Positions 27,189 through 39,174 of a stretch of 64,000 bases of DNA are shown in pieces (position 1 is the stretch's first letter; every line of letters starts with the position of its first letter). This DNA comes from Zootoca vivipara (lineage: Eukaryota), in the NCBI RefSeq assembly GCF_963506605.1, contig NC_083276.1, forward strand, positions 100,874,001 through 100,938,000, read 5' to 3'. Both the position numbers and the translations under genes were made by a program. The notes below the pieces were generated by a model, which was not told where the DNA came from, made no database searches, and saw nothing but the letters and a program-made list of their open reading frames with translations.

Positions 27189-27540
27189 GTAAAGGTAAAG
27201 GGACCCCTGACCATTAGGTCCAGTCATGACCGACTCTGGGGCTGCGTGCTCATCTCGCATTATTGGCCGAGGGAGCCAGCGTACAGCTTCCAGGTCATGT
27301 GGCCAGCATGACAAAGACGCTTCTGGCGAACCAGAGCAGCACATGGAAACACCGTTTACCTTCCCGCTGTAGCGGTTCCTATTTATCTACTTGCATTTTG
27401 ACATGCTTTCGAACTGCTAGGTTGGCAGGAGCTGGGACCAAGCAACGGGAGCTCACCCCATCACAGGGATTCGAACCACCGACCTTCTGATCAGCAAGCC
27501 CTAGGCTCAGTGGTTTAACCCACAGCGCCACCTGGGTCCC
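27189..27540 (-). mobile_element. Sauria SINE (subfamily B), full length
   Basis: Complete body; 25-bp TSD ACCCTACAACCCCTTTTCTTCCTAG at 27164-27188 and 27542-27566. Confidence 0.98.
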
Positions 27541-30330
27541 TACCCTACAACCCCTTTTCTTCCTAGATACCTACAAATGCATATGGAAGGCTGTCATCAC
27601 ACTGCCACCATTGAGGGATTAGTATTGCATCATAGATTTGCATGAACCCAGGGTGGAATAAGGGAGCAAAAGGTAAGTTAGGTTGCACAACGCCAGTGGC
27701 CATGGCATGGGGGTAATAAGAGAAGGGGGGGAGAATTGAGGTTTAAAGCAATGACAGAAGTCTGAGTAAAGCAGGGATGGAGAGGACTAAGAGGCAAACA
27801 GTGGTTTTAAACCACAGCAGAGGTGTGAGTAAGCAACCTTCTCACCATGGACTATTTGAGGGATTGGCATCCTTTATCTCTCACACATGAAGCAGCTGGG
27901 GAATGGAAGAGGGAGACGTTTGAGTTCCCTGAAAAGGGAGAAACACTGAAAAGCAAAAAGAGTGGCATGGTGAAGACTGTGCTTCTGCTTTTACAATGCT
28001 TAATGCTTTAAAATAAATAAACAACAACAAAGAAGAACATTCTAGACATTGGCAGAAATCCCACCAAGCCATGTTACACAGAATCACATCAGAGCCACAC
28101 CGACCAACTACCTAGCCTAAACTGGCAGAAGCGAGTCAGCTATCGAGGGTGACTTGGCAGAAAAGTCTCTCCTAGACCCGACACCTCCCTCAAGTTAGAG
28201 AAGCACTAGAACTGAATGAACTTCATGACTCAGCATGTGCAGCAAGTGCCCCTATGCCTGAGCAGCAAACCTGCCTGGGCTGAGCTACCAAGCTTCTTGT
28301 GGCTCTGGTTCCTTAATTGCCTTCAGTAGACATGCTTCGTCGAAACAGACAATTTACTGGCATGCAAGAAAGATTTCAAAACTTGACTACATGTACAAGG
28401 TGCACAAGGGCACTGCTGTTCATGTTGCTGTGCTGTAACTTTGCCACCGGTTCTTTTGTGATTTCATTGCATGATTCCACTGTAAAGTTGGCTTATCTTT
28501 AACGGCCCTTGTATTTAAAGGTGAGGGGTGGGTCAAAGCACTAATGGCAAAACAATCAAACGAACCACAACCCATTCATGATCAGTTGGCCAACAAAGCA
28601 AAGCTATAACTCAGAGCTAAGCCATTATTTCTTAGAAAGCTTTTTTTATTTTTTATTAGAAAATGTATAATATTTTCCTCTTACCTCTTACCCCCTCCCT
28701 TAAAAAAAAAGCCACTTTGCATATTTTTTTTTAGATACTCTGCACTATTTCTTTTGTGGCAACCATCAAATTTCACCCTTAAAATGTCTTCGAAAGATGC
28801 TACATAAGATCCCTTGTGGAGGATGCAAAATGGCGTCCAATCTGCCAACATAGTTGCTGCAGCTGTCGGTCACAGCTGCAGGAAACAACAGATACAAGAA
28901 CAACTATGCACACAGGGGAAGGAAGAAGAAGCTGTGTTTCTGCCACTGCTAATCATTCAACCCACCTCTGACAAACTACTGAAGAATCTTCTTTTTGCTC
29001 CCCACCCCCACTCAGAATTTTCATGAAATGCTTCCTCCATTTTCTCCAGAGGGGGGACAAGGGGAAAAATGTCCCCCCCAAAACAAGGAGCTTGTCCCCC
29101 CACTCCCCCCTGGCCTTAATATATACTGTCATTTTTATTTCAGATTTCTTAACATATGGGACACAACTCTCCTCCCCCTTTTTTTCTGGTGAGACTACTG
29201 ACTTGCTCTGCCCACAAATAGGATAGAGAATTTTTGGAGACCATTGGCACACAACTCTAAACACGCCACGTGCAAAGGAAAGACACCACTGTTATATTGC
29301 TATTGTATTTGGAACAGTTGTTCCTTGACACCAACTCTTTCTAAAGAATCTAATTTACTAGTATACCTGACAGGATACAGCAACTAATAACTGGTCTTTC
29401 CAGGTTCTTAGCTGATTCAAGACCTAGTCACCTCAGTGGGACTTGTGCCGGAGAGCACTCTTTGCTTGGTTGTAAATCATGTACCACCACCACCCCCTTT
29501 AAAAAAAGGGAAAAAAGCCAAATAGCTTATACAGAGTAAATCTTCTACAACTTACTGCAGTGCTAATCATAAGCATGTTATACAGTAAGTTTGCCTGAAG
29601 CTAAGTTAAGCAGGCAGATTAAGACCGTAATATAGTATCAGGGCNNNNNNNNNNNNNNNNNNNNNNNNNNNNNNNNNNNNNNNNNNNNNNNNNNNNNNNN
29701 NNNNNNNNNNNNNNNNNNNNNNNNNNNNNNNNNNNNNNNNNNNNNNNNNNNNNNNNNNNNNNNNNNNNNNNNNNNNNNNNNNNNNNNNNNNNNNNNNNNN
29801 NNNNNNNNNNNNNNNNNNNNNNNNNNNNNNNNNNNNNNNNNNNNNNNNNNNNNNNNNNNNNNNNATATTCTGATCAATCAAGAGCCCATCCACAACTGAC
29901 AGCCTCGCTAGGCTAAAACATGCCATGGGAGGATATTTTTCTATGTGTGCCATTCCCCTCTCCCTCCTTTTGTATTACATGTGGGCAAAGAAGACCGAGG
30001 AATGCTACAGGTACAAAAATGCATACTTGCCCAACAGTGCACATGGCGATGAAATGACTTCTGTTTCTGATATTCCGTAATGTTCCATTTCCTTAGGCTA
30101 GCTTCCAGTACATCATAGTAGGAAGCTTTGGGCCGTTTTATCACTTGTCTGTTACTAGAACTGCACAGGACCAAACAGCTTTATTTTTCTTTTGTTCTGT
30201 CTTTTCAGATGCCTGATTGTCCTACAATTCTTGCAGCACATTTGACCGTGTCTGTAAAATGAGTCTGTCGTGAAAAATGGGCCTCAGCCAAACGGAGAAT
30301 GGCTTGGGAATTTAAGGTGGATGCCTAAGC

Positions 30331-30659
30331 CATAGCTGCCAAGTCTCCTGTATTCCCCGGGAAACCCCCAATTTTTCCAGCCGTTTCCCACTGGCAGCCC
30401 GGATTTTTTTTTTAAAAAAACCCCTGTAAATCCCCCGGATTCTTACCGGCCCGGGGAAGGCTCCTTCTGCGCATGTCTGGAGTCTCTGGACATGTGCAGA
30501 AGCAATTTCTGGCACTGCAGCCATTTTGGAAATGGGCAGAGCATGCGAGGAAGCAACTTCCGGTGCTGCTCTGCCCAATTCCAAAATGGCCGCAGCACGA
30601 CTTCCGGTGCCGCGCCGCTGCCGATCCCAGATTTTTCAATCTGGGAGTTGGCACCTATG
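30331..30659. mobile_element. hAT non-autonomous element (MITE), CpG-rich
   Basis: TIRs CATAGCTGCCAA / TTGGCACCTATG; perfect 8-bp TSD GCCTAAGC (30323-30330, 30660-30667). Confidence 0.92.
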
Positions 30660-32101
30660 GCCTAAGCTCAGAGATGGAAATGGAGACTTCTTCACTCTAG
30701 TCCATCTGAAGGCACCTGCACGCGTACACAGTCTCCTATGTGCCCCTCCTCCTAGTTATTGTAGGAACTATTGTAGGAGTCACAGTTCAGCAGTCATAGC
30801 AATGATCATGTGGAGGTGGGGACCCATTCCAGGATCTTTGTGACTCCCTTCTCCTACCCGCTGCATGAACATATGATCAGTACTATCTCTGATCACCAGA
30901 CTGGCACTGAATTGTAGGGTGCATTTGTGATTGGGGATTACACATGCGGTATCCTATTGCTTTCCCATGAAGCCGGCCCTACCATTAGGTAGCTGCAGCC
31001 TCCTGGCTGTTCCCCTCCATTAGAGCAAAGAGCAGTGTGTGATCCACGACCTGTTGTGAAGGTGTGTTGGAGGTTGCTGTCGCATCACCTGATTCAGCTG
31101 CCAGCCCAATCATCTTCTGTTCACTGAATGGAGGAGGGCCGCCATCTTGATTTTTGCCATAGCAAAACATCAGAAGCACATGTCTTCCCACTTTTGGAAA
31201 CAGAACCCAGAGATAGATGGGTTTGGGGTTGGATTGAGCAGGCATCTCCTAATGTCCTTAAATCTCAAATACTGAGGCCTCCTTGGAATCTCCACACTTT
31301 ATTCTTAGTCTGATGCTGCACTTAGATTTTTGAATGCAAATTCAATTACCATTTTTTTATTATTACATTAGAAGCACTTATGTTTTTTTAATTAAGAAAT
31401 ATACATATACAGTACATTTAACAAGCAGTGCAAAGGCGCAGCGGAAAGAAATCACTGCACCAGTCTGCTACTTTGTCAGTATCTGCAGTGGGTCAGGATT
31501 TGAGTCAGCGTTCCCTTCCTGGAGTAAATTAGTGAGTTCTCAGTGCTGACTAGAATGACATTTACCAATAAAAAGAGAGGAACAGTCTATAAAGTTCTGA
31601 AGAATTGAAAACATAAAAGTGGAGAATGTAATGTTTAATGACCCCATTGTGTGGTGAGGCCATGGAAGACATTTCTTCCATCAACTTTGTATACTGCTAA
31701 TGTCAGTGTAAAAATATATATCTACTACCTTGGATAAGCATGGGACTGAAAGATAAAACACATTGAGTAATTGTTAAGACAGGTGCAAGCTTTGAGGCTG
31801 AAAGCATTGCGGAGAGGGGAGGAGAAAGAGCGCAAGAGAGTGAGAGTGTGCGTCTCACAATGCTAAAGTTTGAAAAATCACTGAGCTAAGGAATACTCCT
31901 TTGATAAAAACCAATGAATGCTTCTATTACCAGGTCATATTCAGATTGGGATTTAGTAGGATGTTTTCTGCTTTATCATTAACTATGGGTGTGATCTGAG
32001 GAGGGGTCAAACTATACAAAAAGGGCCATGGGGGTCAAACTATACAAGAAGGGCCACGGCTCCAGGGCAGAGCATCTGCTTTGCATGCAGACGCTCCCAG
32101 T

Positions 32102-32645
32102 TGTCACGGTCCGGTCAGTGGGCGGTTGAAGCCCTGGCTGAGGACGTCAGGACCAGAGGCAAGATGGTGATGTAGAAGCAGGAACAGGTGCAGGGCTGAT
32201 GGTCCAGCAGCAGGCAGTCGCAGAGTCAAGGAGCAAGGCAGAGGCGAAGGTCTGGGAGTCGAGAAGCAAGGCGTCGGCAAGGCAAAGGTCCAAGGGTCGA
32301 GGATCAAGGCATCGGCAAGGCAAAGGTCCAAGGGTCAAGGATCAAGGCGTCGGCAAGGCAAGGGTCCAAGGAGCGAGAGGCCAGAGGCAACCAGGCAGGG
32401 GTAGTGTTGCTGTGGCAAAGAGTTGAAGGAAAATGCCAAGCTTTTTATCCCTCCCAGCTCTTGCCACCAGGTGCAGTGAGTTATTAAGTGGCCTCACCTG
32501 AGTGGCCACTCCTTGCTTCTCCAGCACAAGCTGAGGTCTTCACCTGAGTGGCCACTCCTTGCTTCTCCAGCACAAGCTGAGGCAGGCCCCAGTCCTGCAA
32601 AGCACTACAGGCCCCTGAGCCTGACCTCTGCCCATACTCCTGACA
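32102..32645 (-). mobile_element. Solo LTR (Gypsy/ERV-type)
   Basis: TGTCA...TGACA termini, perfect 5-bp TSD CCAGT (32097-32101, 32646-32650), minus-strand GGGATAAAAAGC TATA-like box, internal tandem repeats. Confidence 0.9.
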
Positions 32646-32708
32646 CCAGTTTTATTCCCCAACACTTCCAGGTAGGACTGGAAATATCCACTACCTGAAA
32701 CCCAGGAG

Positions 32709-32866
32709 CGAAGGCAGATTTAGGAGAGGGCAACCAGTTCACCTGCACTGGGTGCCAAGCTGAGAGGGTTCCACAACAATGACAAACAACAAAAGGAGGG
32801 AGCCAGGGGGCACACCAAAATTTGGCATTGCACAAGGTGCCGCTGAAATTTTAAAGCCCACCACTG
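32709..32866. mobile_element. Degenerate hAT-like MITE inside the tRNA SINE
   Basis: Ends GGCAGATTTA... / ...TAAAGCCCACCACTG; SINE sequence resumes right after; TSD decayed. Confidence 0.5.
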
Positions 32867-33180
32867 CCTGGATAGGTGCTGCCAATCAGTGTTGTCAGTG
32901 CTGAGCTAGATTGACCAATGGTCTGATTTTGTGTAAGTCAGCTGCCTGTGTTTCCATGACGTGGGAGTAGAGTTTGGGGAGACATTCATTCAGCTTGTAC
33001 TTGAATGCAGACCCAAGGAATCCGCACTTCTCAAGCCAGTGGTTTCCCATCTGCCTCCTGCCCCAGAACACTTGAGAGTAGACTTCTGAAGTAGATGGAG
33101 TTGGGTCCGATTCTTACCCTTGATTTAATGAGTTGGACTCATTGGCGAATGCTGTTCATTATGTCTATATCACAGTGTCC

Positions 33181-33303
33181 CAGTGTTTCTCCAGCTGTTT
33201 TTGGGCTACAACTGACATCATCCCTAGGCAGCAAAACCAGTAGTCAGGGATGATGGGAATTGTAGTCCCAAAACAGCTGAAGACCCAAATTTGGGAAACG
33301 CTG
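33181..33303. mobile_element. hAT-Charlie-like MITE
   Basis: TIRs CAGTGTTTC / GGGAAACGCTG; internal IR CAGCTGTTTTTGGGCTACAA...CATCATCCCT / AGGGATGATG...TTGTAGTCCCAAAACAGCTG. Confidence 0.75.
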
Positions 33304-34470
33304 GTCTATACCATAGTGTTATTTACTGGAAGTGACATGTTTTATTTTGCACTGGGTGGGGATATTATCTGGATGGGTCTGGACTAGAACCCTGGCAGTG
33401 AAAATATGCAGATGGAGGAAGATGTATCTGAAACCCTTTGGATCAGATAACAGGATCCTACCCCCCTCCCCATCTTTTGCATCTTTCCCACACATCAACA
33501 TTCTGTCATTCCGTGTGCTTTGCTGTGTTCTCTGCCTCGTGGCAACACCTAATTTGCTTTAAACTTCCAAAGAGCTCGTTACAGAATGCTTAACAGCAAG
33601 AGTTTGCACATACTATTTGGTTGGGGGGGGGGGAATCAGCCTTAATTTTTTGTGTGCCTAAGATGAACACTTGGATTTCTGAGTAAACACAATCAGAGAT
33701 TTACACAAGCCCAGTGAGCCCTATTTATTATACTTGTGCGGAATAACTACAAAAAGGGTCAGAGGTCCAATGTCTTCATGCAGAGACAGATCATGTTCTA
33801 GCTGGTACTGAGGAGGAAAAAAACAGTAGGCAATGCTTTAATGAATGGCTTATCATGTGGAACACACCATGTGATAATAGCAGTGCTGGTATGGGAAGGA
33901 GGAAATAAAGAAACATAAAGAGGTTTAGCTAGGTTTGTGTTACTTAAAAGGTTCTATTTCAACAGTAGCAGTTGAAGGGTGTTTATTAAGAACACGCAGT
34001 AAAATCTGCAAGAAGCATCTCCCCCTCATCCTAATAAAATAGAGCACTAGAATTGTGGGTATACAGTAGCCCCTCTCTAAACAGACACTAATATCATATT
34101 ATTTAGGTTTTGTGTGTCTGTTTTTATTATCATTTACATACACTTACACATACATACATACACACACACACACTTACAAAGCAACCTTATATATTACTAT
34201 TATTATTACTCTGGAATGAGCCCCATGAAATTCATTGGAACTTTTTCTGATGCAGGTGTGTTCAGGATTGCAAACACATGGAATTACCTTACCCAACTGA
34301 ACCTGATCTGAGAACTCGTTTCACAACATTCAGCATTACAGAATAAATCCCACAAAGGGCAGCTGCAGCTTCATCCAGGTTTTCTTTACATTAAACCTGA
34401 ACATAACATCCATGGAAGTGCTTTAATGTTCTCAAATGGCTTTTGTTTCATTCTTAGTGCCAGTAGATAC

Positions 34471-34648
34471 ATATGAAACTGCCTTATATTGAGTCGAGCC
34501 ATTGATCCTTCATGTTCATTATTGCCTGAGAGCAACTCTCCAGAGTCCTTCCTAAAGGGGTGCTTAACCAATTCTACCTTGAGACACCTGGGGCTGAAGC
34601 TGACATCTACAGGCAAAGCAGTTGTTTTTAACACTGAGCTATAGCTCC
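34471..34648 (-). mobile_element. Degenerate tRNA-derived SINE (same family as 32051 and 40105 copies)
   Basis: AACTGCCTTATATTGAGTC...CACTGAGCTATAGCTCC. Confidence 0.55.
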
Positions 34649-35007
34649 ATGCAGTTGCCCCCAAAATCAGTTCTCTAACCCTGTGGGATAGTTACATGAC
34701 TAAGTCCAGGGCAAATGATGGGGCTGAAGGTGTTGTGGGACTCTGCAGCACTATTAAGCCCCGCTGCTGCCAGTCTAGGGTGAATACATTATCCTCCATA
34801 TATCTGATATTGGTTTCCAATGATATTGGTTTCCAGGGTTTCCAGGTGAGAGCTCATTGCTTCAAAGCAGGCCTGTCTCCAAGTGCTTCGCCCCTGCCAC
34901 AAACACATTTACAAATGAGCAGGTGCCACATTTAAGCTTCACAATTCCCTGTTTGTCTCTAGCAACACGCACAGGCTACGTTTTAATGTCTTACACATTG
35001 AAAGGAT

Positions 35008-35238
35008 TGGTTACAGGTAGGTAGCCGTGTTGGTCTGGGTCGAAGTAAAATAAAAAAATTCCTTCAGTAGCACCTTAAAGACCAACTAAGTTTTTATTTT
35101 GGTATGAGCTTTCGTGTGCATGCACACTGAAGAAGTGTGCATGCACACTGAAGAAGTGTGCATGCACACGAAAGCTCATACCAAAATAAAAACTTAGTTG
35201 GTCTTTAAGGTGCTACTGAAGGAATTTTTTTATTTTAC
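35008..35238 (-). mobile_element. Penelope-like element 3' terminus arranged as an inverted (fold-back) pair
   Basis: Perfect 83-bp inverted arms 35045-35127 / 35156-35238; AATAAA; CTGAAGA-stem-GAAA hammerhead-type core; 13-bp TSD ACATTGAAAGGAT (34995-35007, 35237-35249). Confidence 0.85.
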
Positions 35239-35555
35239 ATTGAAAGGATGTCTTCTGCAAAATTAAAATTGGAGCATTACTATTTGGAATAATATTTTCA
35301 GATATCAAGGAGGCACAATGGCACTGTAGTTAATGCTAGTAGCCTCGTGATAGGTTTCAAAATTCCAAAGACGATGAGGTTTACCAATGTGCAAACTTAC
35401 AAACCAATCCAGTAACTGCCACAGGTAGCACGAGATGAAAAAAGTGCTTTAAAAAATGGTGCATTTGTCATTTTTTACTCCAGTTTTCAACAGGCAAGAA
35501 TTCTGCCAGTACAGTACAACATTTGCATAGGTTTTAGTTATGTGATGTGACTGTA

Positions 35556-35692
35556 CATACCCACCAACATTTCTCCGGTGAAAACAGGAACATCCTAGGG
35601 AAAAGCGGGACATTTTGGGATCAGATCAGAAATCAGGACAGCTTCTCTAAATCAGGGATGTCCCTGGAAAATAGGGGCATTTGGAGGGTCTG
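35556..35692. mobile_element. hAT-like MITE
   Basis: Ends CATACCCACCAAC / TTGGAGGGTCTG; internal GGGACA-type subterminal repeats; TSD not retained. Confidence 0.6.
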
Positions 35693-36021
35693 ACAATGTT
35701 GTGCAGTAGTGATTGCGATGCTTTCACCATGTAGAAACCTTTTGTGGGTTGAGGGAGCTACTGGGCAATTGTACAAGGTGGAAAGGCAGTGTTTTATTAG
35801 TGAACTCCTTGACACACAAATTATTCTCATACAGTATTTATTCCAAACAGCAACTCCGTGCAGTAGTAATTGCAGCAATGCATCCTTGTAAGTCATATGT
35901 TTAACCAGTCTAATAGTCAAACCAGTAGACTACACTGGCACAACATTGCTGATCATGGGGAACGTCTGTTAGGGTACCATCCTTAGCTTCAGATTGCCTA
36001 GGTCTGTGGTGGTTGACAGAG

Positions 36022-36022
<1 letters not shown>

Positions 36023-36069
<47 letters not shown>
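36023..36069. repeat. (ATT)n microsatellite
   Basis: Direct reading. Confidence 1.
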
Positions 36070-36070
<1 letters not shown>

Positions 36071-37786
36071 AATCCCACTAAACAATCAACCAGCTTAAAT
36101 ACAATAATCATAAACAATATCCACTGCCTATTTCAGTTTTGTATTTCAGCAAAGTATTCCTAGATTGTGTTATTTTTTTAAAAAAATTCTCCCTGCAACT
36201 TTTGAATGCTATATAGGCTGAATTTTGAAAACAAACTTGGTCAAATGTGTGAAATGTAAAACTGCTACCCAAGGATACATCTGCAAAGAAGCTAAAATTG
36301 TTGCTAGATGCTAGATGCATCTGACAAAATATAAAATGACTTTTCCAGAATTTTTCTCCATTCCTAAAATAATACATAGCAAGCACAATTGTTTGAGGGA
36401 CTATGTGTGGATATAGAGAAAGAATCTGAAAAAGGCAATTTTTGCAATGTTTATAAGCAGGGCTAACTAACTCCCCACACCAAGCCTTAAAATCCTCTTG
36501 CAGCTTTATAATAGGTACAGTTAATTTGCTTATTACTTTGCTGATCTGTTCATTGAGATAATTATGTGACACCTGCCAGTAGCAGATTGTTCTGACAGAT
36601 TGATTGGTTGTGATAAATTTGTTTTTCACCATCTGTTTGGCTAAAGGTAGCTTGTTACAGGTCAACCAGACCATGAGCTCTGGAACTTCCTAAAACGATA
36701 TTACTTCCGTCTTTGCTGAAGTGTTAATTTTGTGTTAGTTTCTCGTAATATAGAAATGGATCTGAAAGTGAACGATCTTATGGAATAAATGCTCTGGAAA
36801 TGTAGCTTTAAGAAATATGTCCAGTGAAGATATTTGAAGGCGACGTTTATAAATCTTTGGATCCAGTGCTAACTCAGTGCATTCAACAATCTCTGCAACA
36901 TAAGTGATAGTTCACCATATTTGTGAATATACTGTATTAAAAGTCGTAAATCTAACATTTTAAAAGAATGTTAAGTCATTGTGAATTGACAATCAATTCA
37001 CTGCGGGTGAGAGGTCAGAAGTCAGAATGCTTCCTTGTGTACCAAATGGTCTGCACAGCTATGAAGGAATTGAACGGTGTTCCTGGACTGCTTGTGTATA
37101 CAGTATAATCTATAGATTTGTATGCCTTGTTGCAACTTGTATGGGATTATAGGGCCAACTTGGAGTTTTACCAGATGCCCTGAAGCTCATCAAACATAAG
37201 AGATCCNNNNNNNNNNNNNNNNNNNNNNNNNNNNNNNNNNNNNNNNNNNNNNNNNNNNNNNNNNNNNNNNNNNNNNNNNNNNNNNNNNNNNNNNNNNNNN
37301 NNNNNNNNNNNNNNNNNNNNNNNNNNNNNNNNNNTCTAAAATTCTTTGAGCAGGTATTCCAAGGCACATGATTGACAACTGAAGTCTATAAAAACAGACA
37401 GCCAGGAGGTGGTCAGATCAAATGGGTCTCAAGTGATATGCAGACGTTTTGGGGAGCCTGGGAGGAACACGTCAAGGAACAAAAGCCCTATTTGTGAGCA
37501 AAGAATCCTGCTAAGAGCCAGGTAGGCCTAGGAACTGTTGTAGATCATGGCCAAATGATTGCAGTTATCCATTTTGAGTTGTTTTTTGCTCCAAAGGGAA
37601 TGTTTTGGGTTTTAGCATCACATTTATTTCTATGTAGAATTCACATGTTTTATAATCTATCTTTCTCTCCCCCCCTCTCTTATTCTATGTCAATGGCCTT
37701 AATCTCACACCACCTAACTAGGCGTCAGGGAGACTCCAGGAAAATTTTGGAGGCTATTTGATAAGGGGTAGCCTGGCAAATAAGTA

Positions 37787-38051
37787 CAGTGGTGCCTCGA
37801 CTTACGAATTTAATCCGTTCCGAAGGCACCTTCGTAAGTCAAAAAATTAGTAAGTCGAAAAGCACCTTTGGAAACGCGATTTCCATAGGAATGCATTGGA
37901 AACGGAAAAATTCATAAGTCGAAGCAACCCTATCTAAAACCGCCGCAGTTTCCGTTCGGATGTCGATAAATTCGTAAGCATGCAGCCATTTGCCCCATTC
38001 GTAAGTCGAAAAATTCGGTTGTCGAGTCGTTCGAAAGTTGAGGTACCACTG
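37787..38051. mobile_element. Tc1/mariner (Tigger-like) MITE related to the 25829-26071 copy
   Basis: TIRs CAGTGGTGCCTCGACTT / AAGTTGAGGTACCACTG; TA TSDs; shared internal TAGGAATGCATTGG and TTCATAAGTCGAAGCAACCCTATCTAAAA. Confidence 0.92.
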
Positions 38052-39174
38052 TAATCTCTTATCTGGTGGTGGTGTACATTCAGCTGGGGAAAGGAAGGGT
38101 AAAAGAGAGGAGCACACTCTGTTGTGGCCAGGTTTCCCCCTGGTGGCCAAGGTCCCATGAAAGAAGAGAGGTGGCTGCCACAATATACAACAGCCAAGAA
38201 ATGCAATATTTGTATCTGCAGACAGATTTTTTTAAAAATGGGATTGGGGCACTCATACATTTGATCTTCTACCTTCACTGACTACGCCCACTTTTGACCA
38301 CACCCACCAATGAAATGCGTCCTCTAGAAGGTTGGCCAAGGGTTCTCAGGCTAACAAATATAGCCACCATGTAAGTGTATCATATGTGCATAGGTGAGAG
38401 GGAGGAGGTTGATAGGTCAGCTTTCAACTGCAAAATAAAACGTGTTTATTTGCTAAGTGTGCAGCCTCAATTTCTGCGGCCTGGAAGTGTGTTGTGTCTT
38501 CTTCACTTTTGAGCCACTTTGATCCAGTCCTGGAAATTATTGAGGAGAGCTGTTTACAATGAATTGTTTTGCTTTCCTCCTCCAATATGTTGTATCCAGG
38601 AGCCAATCTGGGTGCGTATCAGCTTGGTTGCTGTTTTTCCAAGGTGCACTGTTAATAATTTTGTCGTATTTGCCATGTTTAGCTCCTTTGACGTTCAGTT
38701 AGGCCACAGATGAAGAAGACTTTTGTGTCAAAAAGGTTCAGGCCAATGTATACTGCACATATGACTTTCCCTATTAAGCGTTTCTTCTTTGAGTGTTTCT
38801 ATATGGCAATGATTTTATTGCATGCTTTAAAAAATATATATTATTTTTTTCCAATTTAACAATCCAATAAAAACCACATTAAATCATTCCAATTTATTTT
38901 ATGCTAAGTACTTGACCCACTTTTGAGTCAAACTGATCCTGCCCCTGCAGTTGTCATGACAAAAATCAAGTTACTGAATCATTTTGTTTGCAAAAACTTT
39001 TCAAAGATTTTTTTATTTATTCTTTTGCAAAATTCACTGGGGATTTAATTTCTAGAGTCCCGATGTGAATATTGGACAGGGGCGTGTTACTTTGGAGAAC
39101 AGAATGGGGTCAGCATTGTGTGCCCTGGTTTTGATTTGCCCTGTTTACAATAGCTCTCCTCTGCCTGTGTAGTG

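Larger units (their letters stand above)
32051..32958 (+). mobile_element. Old tRNA-derived SINE with CR1-type tail, split by two later insertions
   Basis: Head GGGCCACGGCTCCAGGGCAGAGCATCTGCTTTGCATGCAG; resumes at 32651 (...CCAGGTAGGACTGG) and 32867 (...CTGAGCTAGATTGACCAATGGTCTGA...); uninterrupted relative at 40105-40295(-). Confidence 0.75.

Noticed and set aside
35114-35169. CRISPR-like repeat-spacer appearance
   Set aside because: Eukaryotic DNA, the 7-bp spacers are identical, no cas genes; explained by the Penelope terminus
36108-36674. 188-aa minus-strand ORF
   Set aside because: AT-rich, no recognisable domain, no supporting splice structure; likely chance
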